Sequence record: OR621298
DNA length: 64,000 bases
From: Escherichia phage vB_EcoD-Elw
Reading direction: 5' to 3' (one strand)
Shown here: positions 36,552-45,215 of the stretch, piece after piece
Numbering within the stretch: position 1 is the first letter of the stretch
How the letters are laid out: each line of letters opens with the position of its first letter
Program-made: the position numbers and the translations under genes
Notes under the pieces: model-generated
Database searches by the model: none
Seen by the model: the letters and a program-made list of their open reading frames with translations, nothing else
Told to the model about the DNA's origin: nothing

Positions 36552-36740
36552 TTAGTCAATTACTTTTGAGGCTTCAAGGTAGTCGATATAGTGTATGTTT
36601 TCTACCGTAATCATATAATCTGCCACTTTATCCATAGCTTGGGCTTCAGAGGTAGCTCTGGCTAACCTATATCCTTTTTTATATTCATCCGGGTATTCTC
36701 TATCTTGGATAAACACAACATAAACTATATATAGATCCAT
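36552..36740 (-). CDS. hypothetical protein
   Basis: 62-aa ORF. Confidence 0.4.
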   Translation of the reverse strand: MDLYIVYVVFIQDREYPDEYKKGYRLARATSEAQAMDKVADYMITVENIHYIDYLEASKVID

Positions 36741-36759
36741 TTGTGACCTCTATTTAATT

Positions 36760-36837
36760 TGGTGGCTCCCCGAGGATTCGAACCTACGTACCTTCCGGTT
36801 ATGAGCCGGGTGCTCATACCATATGAGCTTGAGAACC
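36760..36837 (-). tRNA. tRNA anticodon CAT (Met or Ile-lysidine)
   Basis: Anticodon arm CCCGG-CTCATAA-CCGGA; acceptor pairs with two G-U; T-stem only 3 bp. Confidence 0.45.
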
Positions 36838-36843
36838 AGAATT

Positions 36844-36932
36844 TGGCGGAAGAAGCGGGAATCGAACCCACAAGGCTATATTTCAAACCGACAGATTAGC
36901 AATCTGCTGCAATACCGTTATGCTATTCTTCC
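36844..36932 (-). tRNA. tRNA-Ser (GCT), class II
   Basis: 89 nt; perfect acceptor GGAAGAA/TTCTTCC, anticodon arm GCAGA-TTGCTAA-TCTGT, long variable arm, T-loop TTCGATT, CCA. Confidence 0.6.
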
Positions 36933-36953
36933 GAATTTATAAGATATATTATA

Positions 36954-37472
36954 TTAGAAATTTAGCTTCATAGCAAGAAAATTTTTCAAGTTTTCGGTAG
37001 ACATCTCATCCACATCTACGGGAGAAACAAAGCCGTTTAATTTTCTAGCAAATTTTTCACCCGCAGGATCATTATCTCCGACAGCTACCAATTTAAAAGG
37101 TAGTAATTTCAGTTGCTTTAATAACGCTTTTCCTGGAGAAGAACCCAACATTGCTAGGGCTGGATAACCAGCATTATGTAACGCAACTGCCTTAAATACA
37201 GATTCAGCAATCAATACTACTTTTTCATCTCCATTGAGAGTTTCTAGTCCCCATACACACTGGGTAGTAGAATAAGTAAAGTATTTAGCTTCAAAGGGGC
37301 ACTTACCATGACCTTTTGGAGCAGAAGGATTATAAGTTTGATAGCCCCTCAACATCCCAGAGAAGTCATACAACGGGACTGTTAGCCATCCTTCCGGACT
37401 TAACCAGCAATGATATTTATCTGTATCAAATCCTCTAGATAAGAGGTGCTGTGTTAGCTCATCAACATTCAT
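36954..37472 (-). CDS. Toprim-domain protein (DnaG/primase-like catalytic core)
   Basis: Track ORF trimmed to M18 (the first 17 codons are the promoter read backwards); VAVGDNDPAGEKFA is a Toprim DxD signature; RBS AAGAGGAA. Confidence 0.5.
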   Translation of the reverse strand: MNVDELTQHLLSRGFDTDKYHCWLSPEGWLTVPLYDFSGMLRGYQTYNPSAPKGHGKCPFEAKYFTYSTTQCVWGLETLNGDEKVVLIAESVFKAVALHNAGYPALAMLGSSPGKALLKQLKLLPFKLVAVGDNDPAGEKFARKLNGFVSPVDVDEMSTENLKNFLAMKLNF

Positions 37473-37502
37473 ATTTGGTTCCTCTTTCAAATTTATAGAT
37501 AT

Positions 37503-37531
37503 ATTATACAGAGAATTTAGCATTCAAGCAA
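37503..37531 (-). promoter_or_regulatory. T5-type early promoter
   Basis: -10 TATAAT, -35 TTGCTT, 17-bp spacer, conserved downstream box. Confidence 0.6.
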
Positions 37532-37646
37532 TCAAATTTTTTAACTTTTTAGAGGAAAATCATAGGGCACTTAAGGATAGCAGATAAGTGGTGAGGACCA
37601 AAATTTGTGACCCCACTAAAAATTCAGGGGCAATTTTTAAAGACCC

Positions 37647-37675
37647 CTTGACATTTTCGCTGGGGTAGTGTAAAG
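37647..37675 (+). promoter_or_regulatory. sigma70-like promoter (-35 TTGACA, -10 TAAAGT) for the plus-strand cassette
   Basis: Consensus -35 with 17-bp spacer; -10 matches 4 of 6; preceded by a GGGG...CCCC hairpin. Confidence 0.4.
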
Positions 37676-37737
37676 TATATGTTATGGATGAGTGATCAAA
37701 GAGACACACATTTTCTATATACTAGGAGGTGTCAAAA

Positions 37738-38721
37738 ATGACAGAAGAAGTAGCTAAGAGTCCTGAGACCGTCGCTAGCGTTGCAGCAGAACTGCACCGT
37801 CACGAGGAATCAGATAAGAAAAAGTGGGAGAAGGTCAGAGCCTACGAAGAAAAACATCGTGAACACGATGATGAAGAAGATGATGATGAACATTGTCATA
37901 AATATGGAAAACATAAAATGCAAGAACCAGTAAACGTATTTACTAGTGGCTTCCCTGGCCTACTGGGTGGTTACCCAGCAAACGCAGGTGCTTTCGGTGG
38001 TGAAGGTATGGGACTATTCGGAGCTATCCTAATCGGTGCTCTATTAACAGGCGGATTCGGTGGTTTCGGTGGATTCGGTGGACGTGGTGTAGTTGGTGAT
38101 GGTACCGCAGTTGATGCAGTACTTCAGAACCAAGATACCGCTAGTATTCTAGCAGCTATTAACACTACTCGTACAGAAGCTAACCAGGGTACTGGAGCTG
38201 TTTTAAGCGCAGTTAACAATGGGTTTAGCCAGACATCCCAAAACCAGAGCCGTGATACTCAGTCTGTACTAACTACGATCTATGGTACAGGTGCTAATCT
38301 GTCTAATCAGATCTGTCAGGAAACTCGCAACGTTATTCAGGGTCAGTTCGATCTTTCTCGCCAGATTGATCAATCTTTCGCAGCTAATCAGATAGCTCGT
38401 GCACAAGATAAGTTTGATTCTGCACAGATCGCTTTCCAGCAGACTTTACAAACTAATAACCAGTTTGCCGCTGTTCAGGCTCAGATGTGTGCTAACCAGA
38501 ACTCTCTGGAACGTCAGATCGCTGAATGTTGCTGTGAACTTCAGACTGCGATCGCTGGTGTAACTACTGCGCGTATTCAGGATGAGTTAGATGCATGTCG
38601 CCTACGTGAAGCAATCGCTGCGGGTAACGGTGCTAACGGTCAGGTAATTAATCAAATCGCTGTAAGTCTTGGTGCTATCACTCAGACTCTGGCTGGTCTG
38701 CAGGCTAAACTGCCGGCTTAA
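37738..38721 (+). CDS. low-complexity protein: acidic/His N-terminus, Gly-rich hydrophobic segment, Q/N-rich C-terminus
   Basis: Track ORF 37729..38721 (GTG) trimmed to ATG 9 nt after RBS AGGAGG; GGFGGFGGFGG and hydrophobic GLFGAILIGALLTGG segment. Confidence 0.55.
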   Translation: MTEEVAKSPETVASVAAELHRHEESDKKKWEKVRAYEEKHREHDDEEDDDEHCHKYGKHKMQEPVNVFTSGFPGLLGGYPANAGAFGGEGMGLFGAILIGALLTGGFGGFGGFGGRGVVGDGTAVDAVLQNQDTASILAAINTTRTEANQGTGAVLSAVNNGFSQTSQNQSRDTQSVLTTIYGTGANLSNQICQETRNVIQGQFDLSRQIDQSFAANQIARAQDKFDSAQIAFQQTLQTNNQFAAVQAQMCANQNSLERQIAECCCELQTAIAGVTTARIQDELDACRLREAIAAGNGANGQVINQIAVSLGAITQTLAGLQAKLPA

Positions 38722-38742
38722 TATTAAGGGGAGGAGCCCATT

Positions 38743-39159
38743 ATGAGTAAATATGGTTTTGTAAATAACGGACTTAATCAAAGTATGGGCTCCCAGCAGC
38801 CCATTCCGGGTCTGGATAACCCCTACTTACAACAATTGCAACAGCGTTTAGCAGAAGCGCAACAGATGCAGCAACAACTCCAGCAAAACCCTGGAAGTGT
38901 GAGTCCTATGCAAATGATGCAGCAAATGAGCGGGCAGTCGCAAATGCCTCAACAAATGCAGCAACAGGTGCCGCAGCAGCAAGCTCAGCAGCAAACCCAA
39001 CAACCGCAGGTTTCTGCGGAAGGACAGGCAGTACTAGCCCTTTTCGAAGACTTCGCAAAGACAGAGGATGGTAAGCAGCTTGTATCACTTATGGGTAAGT
39101 TTAATAGCTTCTGCCAAAGCCAGGTTGCAAAAGCTCAAAATAGTGGTAATAACTCCTAA
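38743..39159 (+). CDS. Gln-rich low-complexity protein
   Basis: 138-aa ORF; RBS GGGGAGGAG; central QQ/MQ repeats. Confidence 0.5.
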   Translation: MSKYGFVNNGLNQSMGSQQPIPGLDNPYLQQLQQRLAEAQQMQQQLQQNPGSVSPMQMMQQMSGQSQMPQQMQQQVPQQQAQQQTQQPQVSAEGQAVLALFEDFAKTEDGKQLVSLMGKFNSFCQSQVAKAQNSGNNS

Positions 39160-39168
39160 GGAGGAATT

Positions 39169-39363
39169 ATGTGTTGCAGAAAATCTGTTTCGTGCTGCCC
39201 AATGCCTGTAGCACGTTGTTGCTCTCCAGCAATGTTTACGCAAATACCGGCGTTCAATCCGTTTGCCTTTAAGCCTACTCTTATCCTGCCCCCTAGAGTA
39301 GATTTTCAGTCAAGATTGGCCTCCCGTATGGGTGGTTGCTGTAATAAGAGTATATGGTTCTGA
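39169..39363 (+). CDS. Cys/Pro-rich small peptide (64 aa)
   Basis: RBS AGGAGG; paired CC motifs (MCCRK, SCC, RCC, GGCC). Confidence 0.45.
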   Translation: MCCRKSVSCCPMPVARCCSPAMFTQIPAFNPFAFKPTLILPPRVDFQSRLASRMGGCCNKSIWF

Positions 39364-39377
39364 AGAACCAAACAATA

Positions 39378-39413
39378 AAGCCCCTAGTCGAAAGACTTAG
39401 GGGCTTTTCTTTT
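39378..39413 (+). terminator. rho-independent terminator
   Basis: stem AAGCCCCTAG/CTAGGGGCTT followed by TTTTCTTTT. Confidence 0.65.
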
Positions 39414-39420
39414 ATCTTAA

Positions 39421-39460
39421 ATACAGAAAAGCCCTGCGCTCTCCAGGAAACGCAGGGCTT
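39421..39460 (-). terminator. rho-independent terminator (convergent)
   Basis: stem AGCCCTGCG/CGCAGGGCT with U-run in minus sense, downstream of the SPFH gene. Confidence 0.55.
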
Positions 39461-39483
39461 ATTTCAGATGTTACATGCGGGTA

Positions 39484-40431
39484 TTACTTATTACGCATAT
39501 CCATAATCATTTGGCCATCATAGCCAGTGCCAACCACAGTCTGCGGTACACCACCTTGGTATTTCTGAGCACGAATCATTTCAACTTCCAGTTGCTTCCA
39601 GCGAATCATCTCAGGAGTAATGGTACGTTGCAACGCGGCGTTAGCTTCAGCTTCTTTCTTAGCTGCGTACAGTTTGGCATCTGCGTCACGCTCATTGGCA
39701 ATAGCTTGGTTATTACGAGCTTCGCGATCTGCTTCTGCTTGTTTAACCTTCTGCTGTGCTTCTTGTTCAACACGAGCCAGTTCAGCTTTCGCAGCATTAA
39801 CTTGCTCTTCACGAACTTTGGTATTCTGTACCTGTTCCATGATTACCGGTGGCAAAGTAATATCCTGAAGGAATACCTGCTTAACTGTATAACCATATGG
39901 GCGTGCATACTCTTCAACTTCCTGTTGAATTGCAGTTTGCAATTGAGCCTGAATTTTAGCATCAAACAAATCTTGTGCTTTAGGTACAGACTTACCAAAC
40001 TCACGAATAGTAGACAGTAATTTTTCAGTTACATATTTGTCTAGCGCTTGATCCTGAGTACCTGCGTTAATACGGTTAATCGGTGCCTTAGAACCATCAA
40101 ACTGCAACATAACAGTCAGGTCAACAGTGGATTTAAACTTATCCTGACTAGGAACCTGAAGTTTATCTAATTTTAGAGCAATATCTTTAGTACTAAAAGT
40201 ATCGAAAGAAGCAAAAGGATTTACAATATGAAAGCCGGGTAGTACTGGGCTAGGGTCAACTTTACCCAGGAAAGTCTGGGTTTTAACAGTACCGTCTTGA
40301 ACAACGGTATAAGAGTTAAAGGCTAGAATCAAGCCTGCTAAACCAACTATAGCACCAATACCCCAACGTTTAATAGTACGAATTACTTTCTGCTCAGAAG
40401 TCAGTTCTTTCATATTTTTAGTATTAAACAT
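39484..40431 (-). CDS. SPFH/band-7 (prohibitin/HflC-like) membrane protein
   Basis: 315-aa ORF; N-terminal TM, SPFH-like core, C-terminal coiled-coil rich in E/A/Q/K. Confidence 0.6.
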   Translation of the reverse strand: MFNTKNMKELTSEQKVIRTIKRWGIGAIVGLAGLILAFNSYTVVQDGTVKTQTFLGKVDPSPVLPGFHIVNPFASFDTFSTKDIALKLDKLQVPSQDKFKSTVDLTVMLQFDGSKAPINRINAGTQDQALDKYVTEKLLSTIREFGKSVPKAQDLFDAKIQAQLQTAIQQEVEEYARPYGYTVKQVFLQDITLPPVIMEQVQNTKVREEQVNAAKAELARVEQEAQQKVKQAEADREARNNQAIANERDADAKLYAAKKEAEANAALQRTITPEMIRWKQLEVEMIRAQKYQGGVPQTVVGTGYDGQMIMDMRNK

Positions 40432-40465
40432 ATATTTCCTTTGTTTTAGTTACAGTTAATAAAAT

Positions 40466-40540
40466 TGGCCGAGGTGACAGGATTCGAACCTGCATAAAGG
40501 AATTTAGAAGACTCCTGCCTCTCCATTAGACTACACCCCG
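40466..40540 (-). tRNA. tRNA-Arg (TCT)
   Basis: Anticodon arm GGAGT-CTTCTAA-ATTCC, T-arm GCAGG-TTCGAAT-CCTGT, acceptor CGGGGTG/CACCTCG, CCA. Confidence 0.6.
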
Positions 40541-41337
40541 TTTAAGTATTTTTAAGAACTCTCGTAAAAACTCTTAAAAATACAGACGATACCGGGAGAG
40601 TCATAAGTCTCACTCATTAAGTATTTCAAGACAAAATACAGTAACGTCTATTATTTTCCAGTTTAAGTCAAGGTGACTTAGTGGTTATGTCCTGCGGTAT
40701 ACTGAGGACTCGGTTAGGATTGGGGTCATGACTTCCCGCCTTTTGCTGCTACTCAACAGGAGTTATCGCGAATTACCTGTGCTATTGTGCACCATTAGTG
40801 ACATCTCTCATGTCAGCATTTCCCACTTTGTGGATAGCTTGAAAAACTACTCCGATATGGAGAAAGAACTTCACTATCCTAGAATACCTTCTAAAGTTCT
40901 TCTTTAGCCTGGACATAGTTAAATCGTAATAAAACTATTCAGCAGACTAGTTGGTTAGTCTGGAACCAACTACCGCGTGGTTTAGGCAGTGCGCAACTAA
41001 CCTCGGAAGCTTTTACGTTAAAAGCATCAGTTATCCAGTTCTTACCGACCGTAGGATTCGAACCTACATCTTCCACCAGTTACGGCTTGATAATACCAAT
41101 TATACTAGGACGGCAGTGTTACTACATAAGTGATTTCCACACCCCACTATTTATAAATTAGGGAAGAGTTTAGGGGAGAGGTTTCAGACGCCTCATTTTA
41201 TACGTTCTAGCCACTAACCGGGATTGCCGCCCCCTGTGTACTAGTTTTACAACTAACCCACCGACTCTATTCAATGCGCTCCGGTTGGGATTCTGCACTC
41301 AGCGTAATCGGCTCGCTGTTCCCTAATTTATGAATAT

Positions 41338-41366
41338 ATTATACAGAATTTATAAGCATTTAGCAA
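41338..41366 (-). promoter_or_regulatory. T5-type early promoter reading into the 40.5-41.3 kb non-coding region and tRNA-Arg
   Basis: -10 TATAAT, -35 TTGCTA, 17-bp spacer. Confidence 0.55.
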
Positions 41367-41374
41367 ATGAATTT

Positions 41375-41809
41375 TTAGAAAAATTCACTAGCGATCAAAG
41401 CAGTTGTTTTACCGTCATAACGTCCAGGAAATTCTGCCTTAATAGTTTTCATTAATAGAGCTTTGGTAATACCTGGATTTAATTTAACCAGTTCTGCAAA
41501 ATACTCACGAATCTGAACTTCAGTTAACTGCTCCAGAGCATATTCATGCTCTAGACCTGCTAACAAGTCGAGATATTCAGCATCTGGAGTATATTCGATA
41601 TTTGCTTTTGCAGCAGAAGTCATTGTATTCTCAATTGCTTTGAACTGTGATTTAACCCAGTTAGTAAACTCTAGTCTAGATACGCAATCTTTATCAATTC
41701 GTTGTAAGTCGCCTAAAATCGTACTAAGGTGCTTGACTGACACAGTATCACCGTGTTTGCGAGCTTTTTCAATTAATTCTCGCAGCACACGAATCATATT
41801 CGTACCCAT
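41375..41809 (-). CDS. hypothetical protein
   Basis: 144-aa ORF; start overlaps upstream stop (TAATG). Confidence 0.5.
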   Translation of the reverse strand: MGTNMIRVLRELIEKARKHGDTVSVKHLSTILGDLQRIDKDCVSRLEFTNWVKSQFKAIENTMTSAAKANIEYTPDAEYLDLLAGLEHEYALEQLTEVQIREYFAELVKLNPGITKALLMKTIKAEFPGRYDGKTTALIASEFF

Positions 41810-41979
41810 TATTTCATCCCCAATGCTTGGTTAAAAGATTGTTCTGTCATAACTGCTGAGACTTTGGCGAAATCAAACTTTTTAGGGTTCGTAGTGATTT
41901 CAGCAACGTTAGAAGTTTTAACAGTTTTCGTAGTACGAATACCACGAGTGTTAACACCAATAATTACAACTGATTTCAT
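41809..41979 (-). CDS. small protein (56 aa)
   Basis: Not in ORF track; ATG with RBS GAGAGGAAG; stop overlaps the next start. Confidence 0.4.
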   Translation of the reverse strand: MKSVVIIGVNTRGIRTTKTVKTSNVAEITTNPKKFDFAKVSAVMTEQSFNQALGMK

Positions 41980-42047
41980 ATTTCGCTTCCTCTCATTAAT
42001 TTATGAAAGTATTATACAGAAATTTAAGTAGTTAAGCAAGTAAATTT

Positions 42048-42497
42048 TTAAGTTTTAGTGACAACAGGTTTATAAAACGTATGTCCCTTAATCTTAGTTG
42101 TTTTCTTAAACTTCTTTGTCCAGTAAGGTTTATCTTTACCACTATGGAAGTATAGTGCTCCATGTGTAGGATCTTGTGGTAAATCAACGTAGTATATCAC
42201 TCTAGCTAAATTCTTAGCGGTTTGCCAAGCCTCATCAGTTTTATCAACTTTTGGTCTCTTAGATACCCAAGAGAACTGGTTAGACTGATATACTACTTTA
42301 CAGTAGGAATCTGGGAATTTACCGGAGTTTACACGGTTTTTAGTAACATATGCAATCGCCGTCATTCCCTTTATGCCCTCACCACGACTTTCGAAATAGA
42401 TATTTTTAGCAATGCAATCTATTTCTTTTGCATCGTGCGATGCCTGACTACTAAAGCTGAAGGTAAGGGCAGCTACTAAAAGCAAAGCTGCCTTCAT
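42048..42497 (-). CDS. secreted cell-wall hydrolase (SleB/CwlJ-like)
   Basis: Track ORF trimmed to MKAALLL (signal peptide); NIYFESRGEG and YCKVVYQSNQFSW motifs; RBS AGGAG. Confidence 0.55.
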   Translation of the reverse strand: MKAALLLVAALTFSFSSQASHDAKEIDCIAKNIYFESRGEGIKGMTAIAYVTKNRVNSGKFPDSYCKVVYQSNQFSWVSKRPKVDKTDEAWQTAKNLARVIYYVDLPQDPTHGALYFHSGKDKPYWTKKFKKTTKIKGHTFYKPVVTKT

Positions 42498-42502
42498 TCT
42501 TT

Positions 42503-42820
42503 TTACTCCTGCCAATCATATTCAACACGATTGGGATTTTCTTTATACCCTAAGTCAAGCAAATCATTACGCATATTTTGCTTAGCTACTGGGTTCGAGG
42601 TTACTAGTACCACTTTCTTTGGTCTCTGTCCAAATTCTAAGAGTAAACGAAGAATTTGATAACCTTCCATACCATCTACAGCCAAGTCATTATCCATATA
42701 AACGAAATGGCCTGTGGTATCAGTTTTATTCAGAAACTCTACAGCGGCTTCTGGGGTTCGAATGATAATGTCCATTCCGTGAAGATTGCGCACATCATCA
42801 ATCAAAATATGAAAAGTCAT
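42503..42820 (-). CDS. stand-alone receiver (CheY-like REC) domain protein
   Basis: 105-aa ORF; acidic pocket residues (DD near N-terminus, central D, later T/S and K) spaced as in receiver domains. Confidence 0.4.
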   Translation of the reverse strand: MTFHILIDDVRNLHGMDIIIRTPEAAVEFLNKTDTTGHFVYMDNDLAVDGMEGYQILRLLLEFGQRPKKVVLVTSNPVAKQNMRNDLLDLGYKENPNRVEYDWQE

Positions 42821-43262
42821 AATAGCCTCGTTTCATCAATTTAAAAATATATTATACACATAATTTAGTAAATTAGCAAATACATTTTTAAATTGTGAAA
42901 CTAGTAAACCGATAAACAGCCTAGAGGCGCCACAGGCCATATCTTATGAGCCATGTACCTTTGATCTAGGGTTTGAATCATCAACGAATACTTTGCATCT
43001 TTTAGCTTTAGAAGTTTAGAAGTTTGAGTTCTTTAAACTTTTCAGCTTTCATACTTAAATGTTGATCTTTGAAGTTGTGTCGGTAATATCAACGACGCTT
43101 TGTTTTTACGTGTCAGATTAAATGTCTGATGTAATAAACATAATCTCCAATAGATTATACTTTATAGTATGGTCAGCGGTCTTATTTAACCTCGTATTTC
43201 AACCGCTGCTGCGAGGTAAGATGCTTGGGCTTTCGTCTACCGATTTACTAGCTTTTAAATTA

Positions 43263-43901
43263 TTACTCTACTTCAATGAAGGTAGAGGCGTTAGACTCGG
43301 ACAGAACAAAGTCAACATTTGTTGCAAAGTCCTGATATTCCTCGTCATGCTGCTTAATCAGCTTCTCCAGTTCCAGCGGATCAATCAAGAATGGAGTATT
43401 CTTGAGTTCCAGCAGGTTGAGCTGCATTTTAACCTCATCTTCGGAAGTTTTCTTATCGCGGGTAGCCATGCTATCCTGCAAACGCTCATATTTAGTATCA
43501 AACTGTGCTTTCTGCGTATTAAACTTAACCGTAGCGGCGTGGAACTGCTTACGCATGTTAGCCAGCAGTTGAGCTTTAAGTTCCATAGAACGCTTAGCTT
43601 CAATTGCTTCCGCAACAGTCATCTTACGAGAACCAATCTCAACTACTGTTTCCGCATTGCTCTTAATCAGAGCAGCTTTGATACGATCACGCTGGGACAT
43701 CATATCCAGGAGAGATTGGAAATCTGCCTTAATACGAGCAGATAGATCGTCTACTTCGATTGCAGCGCCAACTACAACCTTATTTTTATCCTTACCTTCA
43801 CCAACAGCGATCAGAAGCTGTTGTTCAGTAGCTTTACGGATTTTAGCTTCCAGAGATTTGATAGTTGCCAGAGCGCGAGTTTTAGAGATACGAGTAGTCA
43901 T
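43263..43901 (-). CDS. coiled-coil protein
   Basis: 212-aa ORF; RBS AAGGAAG. Confidence 0.5.
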   Translation of the reverse strand: MTTRISKTRALATIKSLEAKIRKATEQQLLIAVGEGKDKNKVVVGAAIEVDDLSARIKADFQSLLDMMSQRDRIKAALIKSNAETVVEIGSRKMTVAEAIEAKRSMELKAQLLANMRKQFHAATVKFNTQKAQFDTKYERLQDSMATRDKKTSEDEVKMQLNLLELKNTPFLIDPLELEKLIKQHDEEYQDFATNVDFVLSESNASTFIEVE

Positions 43902-43954
43902 TATTTGCTTCCTTATATGAAGTTTGAGATTTGAATTTGTTTAAATTTGGTCTA

Positions 43955-44137
43955 TTACAGACCAATTGCCAGCAGAGTGCGCAGAACAGTATCGTTACTG
44001 TTATCAATTTTAGGATTAGCACGATTTAGCAGATCAAAGATTTTCTGGATACCTGATTGACGTTCAGCCATACGACGGATACCCAGATTACGAGTAGCTT
44101 TCTTACCATTTTTACGAACATTTTTAGATACTGGCAT
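43955..44137 (-). CDS. small basic protein
   Basis: 60-aa ORF; RBS AAGGAAAA. Confidence 0.45.
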   Translation of the reverse strand: MPVSKNVRKNGKKATRNLGIRRMAERQSGIQKIFDLLNRANPKIDNSNDTVLRTLLAIGL

Positions 44138-44207
44138 ATTTGTTTTCCTTTTATTGTTTTCTCAAATTTATGAATATATTATACAGAATTTTGGAGCCGG
44201 AAGCAAA

Positions 44208-44909
44208 TCAAATTTTCATTTTTTCGATCATAGCTGCAACACAATAGCTCTCAACTAAGGCATCAAATGCTGGGTCGTGCTTAACCGGATAGATCCCATA
44301 ACGAATGGTGTCCATCTTCTCCATTTTAGCTTTTGCCCAGCTAATACCTTCAGCTTCTAGATCTTTGTAACTATAACCAGCTTGCATCCAGAGATTACGA
44401 AGAGATCGAACATTGCCCAAATTCCAGAATTTCCACGGAACTACCTCTTCATTGGTTCCAGCATGGAACGTGTTTGCCGAGTAGATAGTCATATCAAACT
44501 CTGGGCCATTGCCGTAATACAAAGCATTTTCGCCTAGAGCCAACTCCATAATATTTTGAGCCATAGAGAAGGCAGCATAGTTAGAGCCAAGTTTATTAGT
44601 GCAATGATGTTTACCATTTTGGAAGGCAATCAGCTTTGGATTACGCCCGTTCATAGCTTCCATAATGTGGATAGCAGACGGGCTATTTTTAGCTTGATCC
44701 ATCCAGAATGCTAGAGTAGATGCTGTAACTTTGGCACCAGAATTAAGTTGATCTTGTACATCCAAAGTAACAAATACTAGATCAGGGTCTTTATCAATTC
44801 CATGCATAGCCACAAAAGCGAATGAAGGCATCGCGATATGAGTAGTACCACAATCTCCTGGAGTTCCTAGAGATTCAATATCTAGCATACCAAATGGTTT
44901 TACTTTCAT
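44208..44909 (-). CDS. DEDDh-type 3'-5' exonuclease-like protein
   Basis: 233-aa ORF; N-terminal LDIESLG (Exo I-like DxE) and C-terminal HDPAFDA (Exo III-like). Confidence 0.45.
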   Translation of the reverse strand: MKVKPFGMLDIESLGTPGDCGTTHIAMPSFAFVAMHGIDKDPDLVFVTLDVQDQLNSGAKVTASTLAFWMDQAKNSPSAIHIMEAMNGRNPKLIAFQNGKHHCTNKLGSNYAAFSMAQNIMELALGENALYYGNGPEFDMTIYSANTFHAGTNEEVVPWKFWNLGNVRSLRNLWMQAGYSYKDLEAEGISWAKAKMEKMDTIRYGIYPVKHDPAFDALVESYCVAAMIEKMKI

Positions 44910-44937
44910 AACTTATCCTTTATTGTGTAGAAAACTA

Positions 44938-45174
44938 TTAAAGAGCTGTCTCTTTAATAGACTCCCACTTCTTGGGGTCTTTAAAACCAGGAAGCATATC
45001 CTCACTGACATCCCAGTTCTCTTCCATAGAAAAGTCAGGCCATTCATTCCAGCTACCTTCCAGCTCTTCATAACAGGTATCCATTATCTCATGACTAGAA
45101 AGTCGTGTATAATCCCTAGCAGACTTATGAGTGCTAGCACGGTTAAAATCATTCTTTGCTACAAAATTACGCAT
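44938..45174 (-). CDS. hypothetical acidic protein
   Basis: 78-aa ORF; RBS GGAGAAA. Confidence 0.45.
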   Translation of the reverse strand: MRNFVAKNDFNRASTHKSARDYTRLSSHEIMDTCYEELEGSWNEWPDFSMEENWDVSEDMLPGFKDPKKWESIKETAL

Positions 45175-45215
45175 AGTTTCTCCAAATAAGAGGGGCTTTC
45201 GCCCCCTGATTTAAA

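Noticed and set aside
27950-40540. tRNA genes as prophage integration (att) sites or a genomic-island boundary
   Set aside because: No integrase or recombinase is present, the tRNAs are tandemly arrayed with phage promoters, and the phage-type genes continue on both sides.
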